From the NCBI RefSeq assembly GCF_032062105.1, contig NW_026928460.1, positions 124,001-188,000 on the forward strand: a stretch of 64,000 bases of DNA, read 5' to 3'. Of this stretch, positions 1 to 14,587 are shown one piece after another (position 1 is the first letter of the stretch; every line of letters starts with the position of its first letter). Made by a program: the position numbers and the translations under genes. Below the pieces are notes generated by a model. It searched no databases. It was not told the origin of the DNA and worked only from the letters and a program-made list of their open reading frames with translations. Origin of the DNA: Saccostrea cucullata (taxonomy: Eukaryota).

Positions 1-145
1 GGACTTTTGATCTTGAATACTGTTCGTTATCTCCATATCCTTCAAACATCGGTTCGGTTAAGATAATACAGAAACTAACGATCTTTTTTTTTAATCTTTT
101 TTATTACAATAAATCGGATTTGAAAATTAATTTAAAAAGTAATCA

Positions 146-386
146 GCACAATATCATCTAACTACAGACATTATCCATTATGAGGCACAATTTCACCTAA
201 CTACAGACATTATCCATTATGAGGCACAATTTCATCTAACTACAGACATTATCCATTATGAGGCACAATTTCATCTAACTACAGACATTATCCATTATGA
301 GGCACAATTTCATCTAACTACAGACATTATCCATTATGAGGCAAAATTTCATCTAACTATAGACCTTACCTACTATGAGGCACAAT
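146..386. repeat. 39-bp minisatellite, about 6 copies
   Basis: Unit TTTCATCTAACTACAGACATTATCCATTATGAGGCACAA repeated head to tail; the last copy is degenerate. Confidence 0.95.
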
Positions 387-1963
387 TATCTTTGCAGCTT
401 ACCTATATGAGGGAGTGAGGTATATGATTTGTGTTGATTGATAACCAATTAAGGTTAGCGATGAGTTGACCTATAATCTCACATGTAAAAACTTAACATG
501 ACTAAGTAACTGAATAAATATATCATAAATAAATTTCTCTGATTAGGAAATTTACGACTATAGATCAAAATAGTGTGTCATTCAGAATCAGCACAACTTG
601 ATTATTCATATAATTTCGATATTACATAGAATTAGCAGGATTATTTTTCTTTACACATTTTCATCACAATTCAATCAACGTATAAGATGACAGACTTCTA
701 AATTGCAAACTCTTCTTTTTCATAGAATATTTTACGGGATCATTCAAGGCAAATGAGCTACAGATGGACTGTATTTTCACCCAGCTTTGGTTATAATCAC
801 ACAATCACACCCACCAGAAAACTAATTAATTATCATCAAGTGTGTACAATGAGCAGGTGTACGTTCAGATTTTTTTGGATGAAGTTGAATTAACAAGGCT
901 AAGATAACGAGATTAATTATATTCAAGTTCGAAGATGTTCAGAATCGGAAGTTGCTGTCATGAAATTTTAATTTATTGTGAAAATTTTAGGCAATATAAA
1001 ATTTTTTTTTGTTCATTTATTCCATATAAAGTTAAATTGCTGCATTAATATTGCTTTTAGTTATTAGTCTGAACTATTAAACGTGTCTGATGTTTAACAA
1101 TAATATATCTTTTTAAAATAAGTATGTGTTGCATTGTGTTTATAAAATTCGTGAAAGTGACATAGATCTTGGCAATTTAAAAGATACATAATATCATTGA
1201 ACCTCAATAAGAAAAGGTTAAAAATAACCACCAATGACAAGATAATTTACTAGAGAGCCTTACGTTTTCATACAGCTTTTGTTTGTGTTCAGGTATGGAT
1301 ATATAGAATATAGCAGTTTTTATGCATTTGTTGTTGCTGTAGTTGTTGCTTGTCTTCTCCTTTGTTATGAAGAACTTAAGTCACCTTATATAATACAGAA
1401 TGATAATTTATAATATCTATTGAATAGATCGAAATGTAAACCGAAAGTAGAACAGGTATTCCTTGTCACCATATCAACCTTGTTTTCCTGTGGGTCATTA
1501 GACATTTGTTTGGCAAACTATATATATATATCTGTCGTCACAAAATGTAAATGTACTTACCCCTTCCCTTTTTTGTTAGTGTACTATCAAGACTGAAAAA
1601 TTCCAGTACTTAAAAATATATAGAAAAGATTAATATAGAGAAATAGATAAAGATTCAACCCTCTTACACTAAATTGTACTTTCGAGTACGAACAGTTTAT
1701 AACTTTAATTTTTATTTATTTATGCACCTTTGTTTGCTTCAACTTTTATTAGGTTAACCAATATCACTCTGAAACACTGGAAACTATCCTGACTTACATA
1801 CACTATGTGTATATTATTCATGTTACTGTTTATACCAGTATCTTATCAAATATCTGGTCTTTTCGTACAGAAATTAACATCCAGTTTTTATACAGTGTCT
1901 GAAAAACTTTTTTTTATATATATTTAAGAAGTGTATAATAGAGGCATTTCCCTCAATTGTTCC

Positions 1964-2390
1964 TTTTTGGCTCAACTGAATCTACAGTTCAACTGAGCTG
2001 TTCTGATAACATTTGTCCGGTGCCTGATAGTCAACATTTACATTTTCGACTTTGAAAGACAATACTTTATCAATTATTTCAAACAAACGTGCATTATGTA
2101 AGTTTGTTTAAATGAAGCACCATGTCTTCTCAAGAATTACAAATAAGTTGACATCTTTTAAAAAACCCAAAACGTTCTTGATCAGGTAAGATGAAACTCA
2201 TACGGAAGCATCCTTGGGTAGTATAAACTAGGTTGGTCAAATGTTGACCCCCAGAGGCAGGGTCGGTAATAAAAGTTTTACACAGGAATGCATAGAAAAA
2301 ATCTTTTAAAAAGTCATCTTATTCAAAAGCATCTTCTGTAGATTCAAAATTGTTCAAGCCTTAAACCCTAATTGGGTGTGACTATAATTG
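1964..2390 (+). mobile_element. Degraded non-autonomous Helentron/HINE-like repeat remnant
   Basis: Starts TTTTTGGCTCAACTGAA...TTCAACTGAGCTGTTCTGAT...TTTACATTTTC, resembling the decayed 5' end of bivalve HINE-type elements. The end is uncertain. Confidence 0.5.
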
Positions 2391-2431
2391 GTTGAAAATC
2401 AAAACTCGTCTATTATTTCAAGATACGTATA

Positions 2432-4123
2432 ATGGCCAGATCTCAAATCCAGGACGTCATTCGATGTCAATACTGTGAGAACGAGCCCGCTGTCTTCCAC
2501 TGTGTTCCGTGTGGAGATGAACTCTGTCCTCGATGTAAAGTCTTCCATCTTAAAAGTAAAGTTCCCTCCGGACACAACATCGTCCGTCTGTCTGAGAGAC
2601 TTCATCCAGCCAATCAGATCAAAATGTGTGAGGTCCACTCATCTAAAGCGTACGAGATTTGTTGTAAAGTTTGCCAAGTCCCCGTGTGCATTATGTGTAT
2701 TCAGGAAGTTCATAGCGAACACGCTATCGGGAAGATACAAGATCTTTACGAGAAACTAAAAGCCGAAACTATTGAGGAATTGACTACAATAAAGACACAG
2801 TTGAAGTCAGAGATCAGTCAGAGAATAAAAGATTACATCATGGGAGAAAAGGGAATAAAGACCAGTCATGAGGATATACGTGAGAAAATGAAAAAACAAG
2901 CTCAGATATTTATAAATGATATCAGCGCCATTTTGGCAGAAGCATTGCAAGAGTCTGAGAAAGATGAGAGAAAATATATAGTGGAAATAGCCCGACATAC
3001 TGCGGAGGCTGAGAATTTTGAACAAACTTTGGATCAAATGATAGAGAAATGGGAAACACTTACAGATTCAACTCATCCTGTCGAACTTATTTTGTATCGA
3101 AAGCAAAATCCTGACATATTTAAGCTATTGAAACTTCCAAACAAACTAAGTATTGTTATGCCTTCGTTTTCAGTTGGTCAGATTAACAAATCTCAAAATA
3201 AGCATCAATTTGGCAAGCTAATAACAAGTAAGGTTAACTTGATAAAATCACCCGTTGAAAGCTCAAAACATATACAGCCAACTATGTCTGCAAAAGGAAA
3301 TAAATCCAAGAAAAGAGTACTGGAGCGTTCAGTAAAAACAAGCCAAATAAAAGCTGAAAAGAGAAAGTTATGTTACATGGCTTGCCGTGATGATAGATCA
3401 GCGTACATCAGTGGTGATGGTCCTGGAATACAACTGATAGACAGGTCAGGGACAGAGCTGGATAACATCAGTACTGACGGAGAACCAATTGGCCTGGCTG
3501 TGATGCTGGACAGAAGTCTGATTTATTCTGAATACGACAATAAAGTTATTTATAAAGTGGCGCTGAATAAACAGAAAACAGAGATTATAAGTACTGAGCA
3601 TAATCCTGGAGGACTCTGTTGTACCAAGTCAGGTGATATCCTGGTCTGTATGGGTTACAGAGGTACAGCAAGAGTGGTCAGGTACAACAGCACTGGGAGG
3701 AAAATCCAGGAAATTCAGACAGATCAAAACGGAGAGAGACATTTTAGTGATCCTTTCTTTATCTGTGAAAATGTCAACAAAGACATCTGTGTTTCTGAAT
3801 GGAACTTTCTTAAAAGTAAACTTGTTGTATTGAATAAGTCCGGAAATCTTCATTTTACCTATGACGGGCACGTCATAGCCAGTATTTTAAAAGACAGATT
3901 CCAACCCAGTGGTGTGGCTACCGACAGTCTTGGTCACATCCTTATCGCAGACAGAGCCAATAACGCCGTGCACCTGATCAGCCAGGACGGGGACTTCCTG
4001 TCTTACATCCTGACAGAGAACGATGGGATATCACGGCCATACGGAATCTCTGTGGACAGGCACGACAACCTGTGGTTGGTAGAACAAGAAAAAGCCTGTG
4101 TCAAAGTGTATCGGTATCTCTAG
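2432..4123 (+). CDS. RING-less TRIM-like protein (B-box1, B-box2, coiled coil, NHL/beta-propeller repeats), 563 aa, single coding exon
   Basis: B-boxes CQYC...CVPCGDELCPRCKVFH and CEVH...CCKVCQVPVCIMC...HSEH; helical middle; C-terminal NHL-type motifs (FQPSGVATDSLGHILIAD, RPYGISVDRHDNLWL). A splice-acceptor-like TTATTTCAAG lies just before the ATG. Confidence 0.9.
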   Translation: MARSQIQDVIRCQYCENEPAVFHCVPCGDELCPRCKVFHLKSKVPSGHNIVRLSERLHPANQIKMCEVHSSKAYEICCKVCQVPVCIMCIQEVHSEHAIGKIQDLYEKLKAETIEELTTIKTQLKSEISQRIKDYIMGEKGIKTSHEDIREKMKKQAQIFINDISAILAEALQESEKDERKYIVEIARHTAEAENFEQTLDQMIEKWETLTDSTHPVELILYRKQNPDIFKLLKLPNKLSIVMPSFSVGQINKSQNKHQFGKLITSKVNLIKSPVESSKHIQPTMSAKGNKSKKRVLERSVKTSQIKAEKRKLCYMACRDDRSAYISGDGPGIQLIDRSGTELDNISTDGEPIGLAVMLDRSLIYSEYDNKVIYKVALNKQKTEIISTEHNPGGLCCTKSGDILVCMGYRGTARVVRYNSTGRKIQEIQTDQNGERHFSDPFFICENVNKDICVSEWNFLKSKLVVLNKSGNLHFTYDGHVIASILKDRFQPSGVATDSLGHILIADRANNAVHLISQDGDFLSYILTENDGISRPYGISVDRHDNLWLVEQEKACVKVYRYL

Positions 4124-5151
4124 CTTTGAATGTTTGTTTCCGATCTTGTTGAGTTGTCCATGCTTATAAATAAACTACGCAAAGTGTCTCTTGACAAAAG
4201 CAGCAAGTACTTTTCAGTAGTATTTTGTGATGTTAAAAACATAACGTCTGTCTATGTTTACAGGAAATATAGTAGAATGTACTTGTACTAGTATTTTTAC
4301 TGGGAATGTATAAGCAATATTAATTTTGTATTAGCATATTAGAAAAAGAGACTGTATCTTAAATAAAATCAATACACTGTAAATTAAGTTTCTTGTTGAG
4401 AGAAGTTTACATGAACTGATAACTACTATACATGTAGTGGATTTAAAGAGAGTACCTCGCATTTTCTTTACCTCCTTTTTCAAAACTTGCAGTATTAAAG
4501 ATTCTTTGATTTATGCATATCCTCACCGTCTATAATATTGTATAAATGTATGAACAATTGATGAATCTTATATGTTGTGCCTTAGCCAATTATTGTAATT
4601 GACATCTTTATGATAATGAATATTTGTATTTGCATGTACATGTTCATAATATTTAAAAAAAAATCATTCAAACCATGGTAATACAAATTATCTCATAATG
4701 TGAGATATAACCTCAGTAGAGAATCAACATGTAAATATAAGAAGAGATTTTATAAATGTCTTCAAGTTAATATCACTGCAATGAAAAGAGTTTAACTTAT
4801 GTAGGCAAATTTGAGAGTCAACAGAATACAAACATATTTTACATGAGGTATCGTGAGTTATCGTGTATATAAATGCAACAAGTTTCTTTGCAGAATAAAA
4901 AAGTAAAAGTAAAATGAAATAAAGCTGTTTTGGTCCTATACTCTCCATCCTCCTCCCAGACAAAGTAATTTAACTCTACCTGTAGAGGAAAGCCCTTGGA
5001 ACTATGGAGTTAATGAAAAATATTCAAGCTCATAGTAATATTAAACAATGCAGAGTGGAAACACATGAGTCCCCCCCCCCCCCCCCCCCAAAAAAAAAAA
5101 AAACATCAAAGGCGGAATCAGGTGCCATGGAGGAGTAAGCATCCCCTGTCA

Positions 5152-6441
5152 ACGCCAAGAAATCTCGTCCGGTTTACGCACTGTGGAAGTCAATAAAAGT
5201 GTAATTGATGCAAATCACCCATATTCCCCAAACGCTAGCAAGACAATTTACGGCAGCAGATTTCGATTTTGATGCAAATCACCCATATTCCCCAAACGCT
5301 AGCAAGGGGGGGGGGGGGGATCATAGGTTTTCAGCTTTCTTAGTTAAAGAAAATAAACTTGATATATTCCACCATTTATTTCTATCAGTGATATTTTTAC
5401 ATTAAAATGAAAATATTAACATAGCCAATCAGGTTGCGTCACACGGGTAATTGTTTTGACTGTAAATTTCCATATAGAATAAAAAGTCTTTAAAAAAAAT
5501 TGGTAGTTGTTTACTTGAAAAAATATCTAGCAGGAGGTGTTAAACATTACCTGTCACACTAGCTGACACACTCTCACACACAAAACGGTACCTACACGGC
5601 ATTTCCTGACTTTTTCTATCTGTAAACAGGGCTACCCTCAAATCCACGTGTTTTCAATGTGTCTATAAACATTCCGAGTGTACCGCAGGAAGTAGCCTCC
5701 TATTCCCGGGAAAAAAATAGTTCCTGTCGAAAACCTTTATCTGTTCAAAAAGTACATAAAATTTAATAGGCACAGGTACCAAAGTTGTAAAAATGGCTTG
5801 GAAGAGAATAGAAAAACGTCTCAAAAGAAAGGAAAATCAGTTTTAAATGTATGGACCTACATTTGACTAAGTTCATTTTGATTGGTTAATTACCGGTGTG
5901 ATACCTCTACCCATTTAGTACTCCTCTCCCCTCTGGTTTAACCAGGAAATGATGTCAACTTCCGGGAATCTGGTACCCCTTTTTCCCATAATTCGACGCG
6001 CGCTACTTCCAAAACTACCATGTTCATCGTACCCGACGTTAATTTATGCTCAGGAAAAAAAAACTATATGGAATTACGTAAAAAATTGAAAGACAGCTTA
6101 TTTCTACTGACAAATTAGTTTACTATAATTAATAATTTTGTTTTTCTTTAACTTACTTTTTTTCTTACAGTATTTGATAAATATGACCCCCCCCCCCAAA
6201 AAAAAAAAAATAAAAAAAGAAAAGAAAAAAAAGAAGGGGTACAAAGGCTTCCAAATAATTAGTTTTGTACCAAAGGCTTCCAAATAATTAGTTTTGTACC
6301 TATGTTTTAAACCCAGTAAAACTTAAGATCCCTCCCTCAAAACTGCTGACATTAATTGCCTCGCCAACATCTACAGATTAACGTTAATTCGGCTTTTATT
6401 GAGTTCGCTCTCCGGACAGACTGCTAAGGTTTTCTTGGCAT
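5152..6441. mobile_element. TIR-bounded non-coding module A, copy 1
   Basis: Begins ACGCCAAGAAATC and ends TTTCTTGGCAT. Near-identical to 13390-14587 and 17111-18321. No ORF. Confidence 0.7.
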
Positions 6442-9400
6442 GGTAAAAGATCTCAACCCCCCTTTTCTGTTAGTTTGAATTCCATTTCTAATGCATCAAA
6501 TTCTTTTGATATAATATATTTAGGCATAAAATGACTTATACCGGTAATAATTTTGATTTAATGGACCGGGCGAAATGACTGAAATCTGCAGAACACCATA
6601 ATATACAGATAAAAGTAACACTCTCAAATATTTTTTAGGCAAAAATAATTAAATTTAAATATTTGAAAAAAATCCTTAAACGAGCAAAATTCAAATCACG
6701 ACAAGGTCAAAAATATTATATGTATCTCACACAACTTTTCTGGCTGATTTTCTGACTCGGTAAAAGATCTCAACCCCCCTTTTCTGTTAGTTTGAATTCC
6801 ATTTCTAATGCATCAAATTCTTTTGATATAATATATTTAGGCATAAAATGACTTATACCGGTAATAATTTTGATTTAATGGACCGGGCGAAATGACTGAA
6901 ATCTGCAGAACACCATAATATACAGATAAAAGTAACACTCTCAAATATTTTTTAGGCAAAAATAATTAAATTTAAATATTTGAAAAAAATCCTTAAACGA
7001 GCAAAATTCAAATCACGACAAGGTCAAAAATATTATATGTATCTCACACAACTTTTCTGGCTGATTTTCTGACTCGGTAAAAGATCTCAACCCCCCTTTT
7101 CTGTTAGTTTGAATTCCATTTCTAATGCATCAAATTCTTTTGATATAATATATTTAGGCATAAAATGACTTATACCGGTAATAATTTTGATTTAATGGAC
7201 CGGGCGAAATGACTGAAATCTGCAGAACACCATAATATACAGATAAAAGTAACACTCTCAAATATTTTTTAGGCAAAAATAATTAAATTTAAATATTTGA
7301 AAAAAATCCTTAAACGAGCAAAATTCAAATCACGACAAGGTCAAAAATATTATATGTATCTCACACAACTTTTCTGGCTGATTTTCTGACTCGGTAAAAG
7401 ATCTCAACCCCCCTTTTCTGTTAGTTTGAATTCCATTTCTAATGCATCAAATTCTTTTGATATAATATATTTAGGCATAAAATGACTTATACCGGTAATA
7501 ATTTTGATTTAATGGACCGGGCGAAATGACTGAAATCTGCAGAACACCATAATATACAGATAAAAGTAACACTCTCAAATATTTTTTAGGCAAAAATAAT
7601 TAAATTTAAATATTTGAAAAAAATCCTTAAACGAGCAAAATTCAAATCACGACAAGGTCAAAAATATTATATGTATCTCACACAACTTTTCTGGCTGATT
7701 TTCTGACTCGGTAAAAGATCTCAACCCCCCTTTTCTGTTAGTTTGAATTCCATTTCTAATGCATCAAATTCTTTTGATATAATATATTTAGGCATAAAAT
7801 GACTTATACCGGTAATAATTTTGATTTAATGGACCGGGCGAAATGACTGAAATCTGCAGAACACCATAATATACAGATAAAAGTAACACTCTCAAATATT
7901 TTTTAGGCAAAAATAATTAAATTTAAATATTTGAAAAAAATCCTTAAACGAGCAAAATTCAAATCACGACAAGGTCAAAAATATTATATGTATCTCACAC
8001 AACTTTTCTGGCTGATTTTCTGACTCGGTAAAAGATCTCAACCCCCCTTTTCTGTTAGTTTGAATTCCATTTCTAATGCATCAAATTCTTTTGATATAAT
8101 ATATTTAGGCATAAAATGACTTATACCGGTAATAATTTTGATTTAATGGACCGGGCGAAATGACTGAAATCTGCAGAACACCATAATATACAGATAAAAG
8201 TAACACTCTCAAATATTTTTTAGGCAAAAATAATTAAATTTAAATATTTGAAAAAAATCCTTAAACGAGCAAAATTCAAATCACGACAAGGTCAAAAATA
8301 TTATATGTATCTCACACAACTTTTCTGGCTGATTTTCTGATAGGTAAAAAGATCTCAACCCCCCTTTTCTGTTAAAAAAAATTCCATTTCTAAATCTCAC
8401 ACAACTTTTCTGCAGAACACCATAATATACAGATAAATTTAGGCAAAAATAATTAAATTTAAATATTTGAAAAAAATCCTTAAACGAGCAAAATTCAAAT
8501 CACGACAAGGTCAAAAATATTATATGTATCTCACACAACTTTTCTGGCTGATTTTCTGACTCGGTAAAAGATCTCAACCCCCCTTTTCTGTTAGTTTGAA
8601 TTCCATTTCTAATGCATCAAATTCTTTTGATATAATATATTTAGGCATAAAATGACTTATACCGGTAATAATTTTGATTTAATGGACCGGGCGAAATGAC
8701 TGAAATCTGCAGAACACCATAATATACAGATAAAAGTAACACTCTCAAATATTTTTTAGGCAAAAATAATTAAATTTAAATATTTGAAAAAAATCCTTAA
8801 ACGAGCAAAATTCAAATCACGACAAGGTCAAAAATATTATATGTATCTCACACAACTTTTCTGGCTGATTTTCTGACTCGGTGTTCGCTCTCCGGAGACT
8901 GGTAATAATTTTGAGGTTTGGACGCGGGCGAAATGACTGAAATCTGCAGAACACCATAATATACAGACTCTGACGTTAATCAAAATTCAAAACTATATGG
9001 AATTAAGATCTCAACCCCCCTTTTCTGTTAGTTTGAATTCCATTTCTAATGCATCAAATTCTTTTGATATAATATATTTAGGCATAAAATGACTTATACC
9101 GGTAATAATTTTGATTTAATGGACCGGGCGAAATGACTGAAATCTGCAGAACACCATAATATACAGATAAAAGTAACACTCTCAAATATTTTTTAGGCAA
9201 AAATAATTAAATTTAAATATTTGAAAAAAATCCTTAAACGAGCAAAATTCAAATCACGACAAGGTCAAAAATATTATATGTATCTCACACAACTTTTCTG
9301 GCTGATTTTCTGACTCGGTAAAAGATCTCAACCCCCCTTTTCTGTTAGTTTGAATTCCATTTCTAATGCATCAAATTCTTTTGATATAATATATTTAGGC

Positions 9401-12400
9401 ATAAAATGACTTATACCGGTAATAATTTTGATTTAATGGACCGGGCGAAATGACTGAAATCTGCAGAACACCATAATATACAGATAAAAGTAACACTCTC
9501 AAATATTTTTTAGGCAAAAATAATTAAATTTAAATATTTGAAAAAAATCCTTAAACGAGCAAAATTCAAATCACGACAAGGTCAAAAATATTATATGTAT
9601 CTCACACAACTTTTCTGGCTGATTTTCTGACTCGGTAAAAGATCTCAACCCCCCTTTTCTGTTAGTTTGAATTCCATTTCTAATGCATCAAATTCTTTTG
9701 ATATAATATATTTAGGCATAAAATGACTTATACCGGTAATAATTTTGATTTAATGGACCGGGCGAAATGACTGAAATCTGCAGAACACCATAATATACAG
9801 ATAAAAGTAACACTCTCAAATATTTTTTAGGCAAAAATAATTAAATTTAAATATTTGAAAAAAATCCTTAAACGAGCAAAATTCAAATCACGACAAGGTC
9901 AAAAATATTATATGTATCTCACACAACTTTTCTGGCTGATTTTCTGACTCGGTAAAAGATCTCAACCCCCCTTTTCTGTTAGTTTGAATTCCATTTCTAA
10001 TGCATCAAATTCTTTTGATATAATATATTTAGGCATAAAATGACTTATACCGGTAATAATTTTGATTTAATGGACCGGGCGAAATGACTGAAATCTGCAG
10101 AACACCATAATATACAGATAAAAGTAACACTCTCAAATATTTTTTAGGCAAAAATAATTAAATTTAAATATTTGAAAAAAATCCTTAAACGAGCAAAATT
10201 CAAATCACGACAAGGTCAAAAATATTATATGTATCTCACACAACTTTTCTGGCTGATTTTCTGACTCGGTAAAAGATCTCAACCCCCCTTTTCTGTTAGT
10301 TTGAATTCCATTTCTAATGCATCAAATTCTTTTGATATAATATATTTAGGCATAAAATGACTTATACCGGTAATAATTTTGATTTAATGGACCGGGCGAA
10401 ATGACTGAAATCTGCAGAACACCATAATATACAGATAAAAGTAACACTCTCAAATATTTTTTAGGCAAAAATAATTAAATTTAAATATTTGAAAAAAATC
10501 CTTAAACGAGCAAAATTCAAATCACGACAAGGTCAAAAATATTATATGTATCTCACACAACTTTTCTTGCTGATTTTCTGACGGTAAAAGATCTCAACCC
10601 CCCTTTTCTGTTAGTTTGAATTCCATTTCTAATGCATCAAATTCTTTTGATATAATATATTTAGGCATAAAATGACTTATACCGGTAATAATTTTGATTT
10701 TAGTTTGAAATTCCATAATATCAGATAAAATGCATCAATATTTTTAGGCAAAAATAATTAAATTTATATTTAGCAAAATTCAAATCACACAAGGTAAATA
10801 TTATATGTACTCACACAACTTTTCCTGATTTTCTGACTCGGTAAAAATAACCCCCCTTTTCTTTAGTTTGAAAAAATTTCTAATGCATCAAATTCTTTTG
10901 ATATAAATATTCTTTTGATATAATATATTGCAGAACACCATAATATGACTTATACTCGGTAATAAATATTTGATTTAATTCACTGTTAGTTTGAATTCCA
11001 CATAAACTTCCAAAAAATTCTTTTGATATAATATATTTAGTAAAAAATATGACTTAGTTTACCGGTAATAATAATTTTGTATCAGTATTTGATAAATATG
11101 ACCCCCCCCCCCCCCAAAAAAAAAAATAAAAAAAGAAAAGAAAAAAAAGAAGGGGTACGGGCGAAATGAAATCTGCAGAACTAATGCATCAAATTCTTTT
11201 GATATAATATATTTACCATAATATACAGATAAAAGTAACACTCTCAAATATTTTTTAGGCAAAAATAATTAAATTTAAATATTTGAAAAAAATCCTTAAA
11301 CGAGCAAAATTCAAATCACGACAAGGTCAAAAATATTATATGTATCTCACACAACTTTTCTGGCTGATTTTCTGACTCGGTAAAAGATCTCAACCCCCCT
11401 TTTCTGTTAGTTTGAATTCCATTTCTAATGCATCAAATTCTTTTGATATAATATATTTAGGCATAAAATGACTTATACCGGTAATAATTTTGATTTAATG
11501 GACCGGGCGAAATGACTGAAATCTGCAGAACACCATAATATACAGATAAAAGTAACACTCTCAAATATTTTTTAGGCAAAAATAATTAAATTTAAATATT
11601 TGAAAAAAATCCTTAAACGAGCAAAATTCAAATCACGACAAGGTCAAAAATATTATATGTATCTCACACAACTTTTCTGGCTGATTTTCTGACTCGGTAA
11701 AAGATCTCAACCCCCCTTTTCTGTTAGTTTGAATTCCATTTCTAATGCATCAAATTCTTTTGATATAATATATTTAGGCATAAAATGACTTATACCGGTA
11801 ATAATTTTGATTTAATGGACCGGGCGAAATGACTGAAATCTGCAGAACACCATAATATACAGATAAAAGTAACACTCTCAAATATTTTTTAGGCAAAAAT
11901 AATTAAATTTAAATATTTGAAAAAAATCCTTAAACGAGCAAAATTCAAATCACGACAAGGTCAAAAATATTATATGTATCTCACACAACTTTTCTGGCTG
12001 ATTTTCTGACTCGGTAAAAGATCTCAACCCCCCTTTTCTGTTAGTTTGAATTCCATTTCTAATGCATCAAATTCTTTTGATATAATATATTTAGGCATAA
12101 AATGACTTATACCGGTAATAATTTTGATTTAATGGACCGGGCGAAATGACTGAAATCTGCAGAACACCATAATATACAGATAAAAGTAACACTCTCAAAT
12201 ATTTTTTAGGCAAAAATAATTAAATTTAAATATTTGAAAAAAATCCTTAAACGAGCAAAATTCAAATCACGACAAGGTCAAAAATATTATATGTATCTCA
12301 CACAACTTTTCTGGCTGATTTTCTGACTCGGTAAAAGATCTCAACCCCCCTTTTCTGTTAGTTTGAATTCCATTTCTAATGCATCAAATTCTTTTGATAT

Positions 12401-13390
12401 AATATATTTAGGCATAAAATGACTTATACCGGTAATAATTTTGATTTAATGGACCGGGCGAAATGACTGAAATCTGCAGAACACCATAATATACAGATAA
12501 AAGTAACACTCTCAAATATTTTTTAGGCAAAAATAATTAAATTTAAATATTTGAAAAAAATCCTTAAACGAGCAAAATTCAAATCACGACAAGGTCAAAA
12601 ATATTATATGTATCTCACACAACTTTTCTGGCTGATTTTCTGACTCGGTAAAAGATCTCAACCCCCCTTTTCTGTTAGTTTGAATTCCATTTCTAATGCA
12701 TCAAATTCTTTTGATATGATATATTTAGACATAAAATGACTTATACCGGTAATAATTTTGATTTAATGGACCAGGCGAAATGATTGAAAACTGCAGAATA
12801 CCATAATATACAGATAAAAGTAACACTCTCAAATATTTTTTATGCAAAAATAATTAAATTTAAATATTTGAAAAAAATCCTTAAACGAGCAAAATTCAAA
12901 TCACGACAAGGTCAAAAATATTATATGTATCTCACACAACTTTTCTGGCTGATTTTCTGACTCGGTAAAAGATCTCAACCCCCCTTTTCTGTTAGTTTGA
13001 ATTCCATTTCTAATGCATCAAATTCTTTTGATATAATATATTTAGACATAAAATGACTTATACCGGTAATAATTTTGATTTAATGGACCGGGCGAAATGA
13101 CTGAAATCTGCAGAACACCATAATATACAGATAAAAGTAACACTCTCAAATATTTTTTATGCAAAAATAATTAAATTTAAATATTTGAAAAAAATCCTTA
13201 AACGAGCAAAATTCAAATCACGACAAGGTCAAAAATATTATATGTATCTCACACAACTTTTCTGGCTGATTTTCTGACGGTAAAATATCTCAACCCCCCT
13301 TTTCTGTTAGTTTGAATTCCATTTCTAATGCATCAAATTCTTTTGATATAATATATGCATAAAATCACCGGTAATAATTTTGATTTAATC
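6442..13390. repeat. 317-bp satellite array 1 (about 22 monomer lengths, some scrambled)
   Basis: GGTAAAAGATCTCAACCCCCC recurs at 6442, 6759, 7076... (period 317); most monomers are near-identical. Confidence 0.97.
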
Positions 13391-14587
13391 CCCAAATATA
13401 CTAGCAAGACAATTTACGGCAAATAATTAAATTTAAATTTTGGGGGCAAAATTCAAATCATAGGTTTTCAGCTTTCTTAGTTAAAGAAAAAAACTTGATA
13501 TATTCCACACAATTTTATCAGTGATATTTTTACATTAAAATGAAAATATTAACATAGCCAATCAGGTTGCGTCACACGGGTAATTGTTTTGACTGTAAAT
13601 TTCCATATTGTTTTGACTGTAAATTTCCAATAAAAAGTCTTTAAAAAAAATTGGTAGTTGTTTACTTGAAAAAATATCTAGCAGGAGGTGTTAAACATTA
13701 CCTGTCACACTAGCTGACACACTCTCACACACAAAACGGTACCTACACGGCATTTCCTGACTTTTTCTATCTGTAAATAATACCCTCAAATCCACGTGTT
13801 TTCAATGTGTCTATAAACATTCCGAGTGTACCGCAGGAAGTAGCCTCCTATTCCCGGGAAAAAAATAGTTCCTGTCGAAAACCTTTATCTGTTCAAAAAG
13901 TACATAAAATTTAATAGGCACAGGTACCAAAGTTGTAAAAATGGCTTGGAAGAGAATAGAAAAACGTCTCAAAAGAAAGGAAAATCAGTTTTAAATGTAT
14001 GGACCTACATTTGACTAAGTTCATTTTGATTGGTTAATTACCGGTGTGATACCTCTACCCATTTAGTACTCCTCTCCCCTCTGGTTTAACCAGGAAATGA
14101 TGTCAACTTCCGGGAATCTGGTACTTTCCCATAATTCGACGCGCGCTACTTCCAAAACTACCATGTTCATCGTACCCGACGTTAATTTATGCTCAGGAAA
14201 AAAAAAACTATATGGAATTACGTAAAAAATTGAAAGACAGCTTATTTCTACTGACAAATTAGTTTACTATAATTAATAATTTTGTTTTTCTTTAACTTAC
14301 TTTTTTTCTTACAGTATTTGATAAATATGACCCCCCCCCAAAAAAAAAAATAAAAAAAGAAAAGAAAAAAAAGAAGGGGTACAAAGGCTTCCAAATAATT
14401 AGTTTTGTACCAAAGGCTTCCAAATAATTAGTTTTGTAATGTTTTAAACCCAGTTTAAGATCCCTCCCTCAAAACTGCTGACATTAATTGCCTCGCCAAC
14501 ATCTCTCTGGGGAGTTTCACAGATTAACGTTAATTCGGCTTTTATTGTGTTCGCTCTCCGGACAGACTGCTAAGGTTTTCTTGGCAT
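13390..14587. mobile_element. Module A, copy 2 (5' end mosaic with satellite)
   Basis: Matches roughly 5225-6441; ends TTTCTTGGCAT followed by GGTAAAAG. Confidence 0.7.

Noticed and set aside
5104-5151. Fragment of a common interspersed repeat (GGAGGAGTAAGCATCCCCTGTC)
   Set aside because: Too short and truncated to classify from this window.
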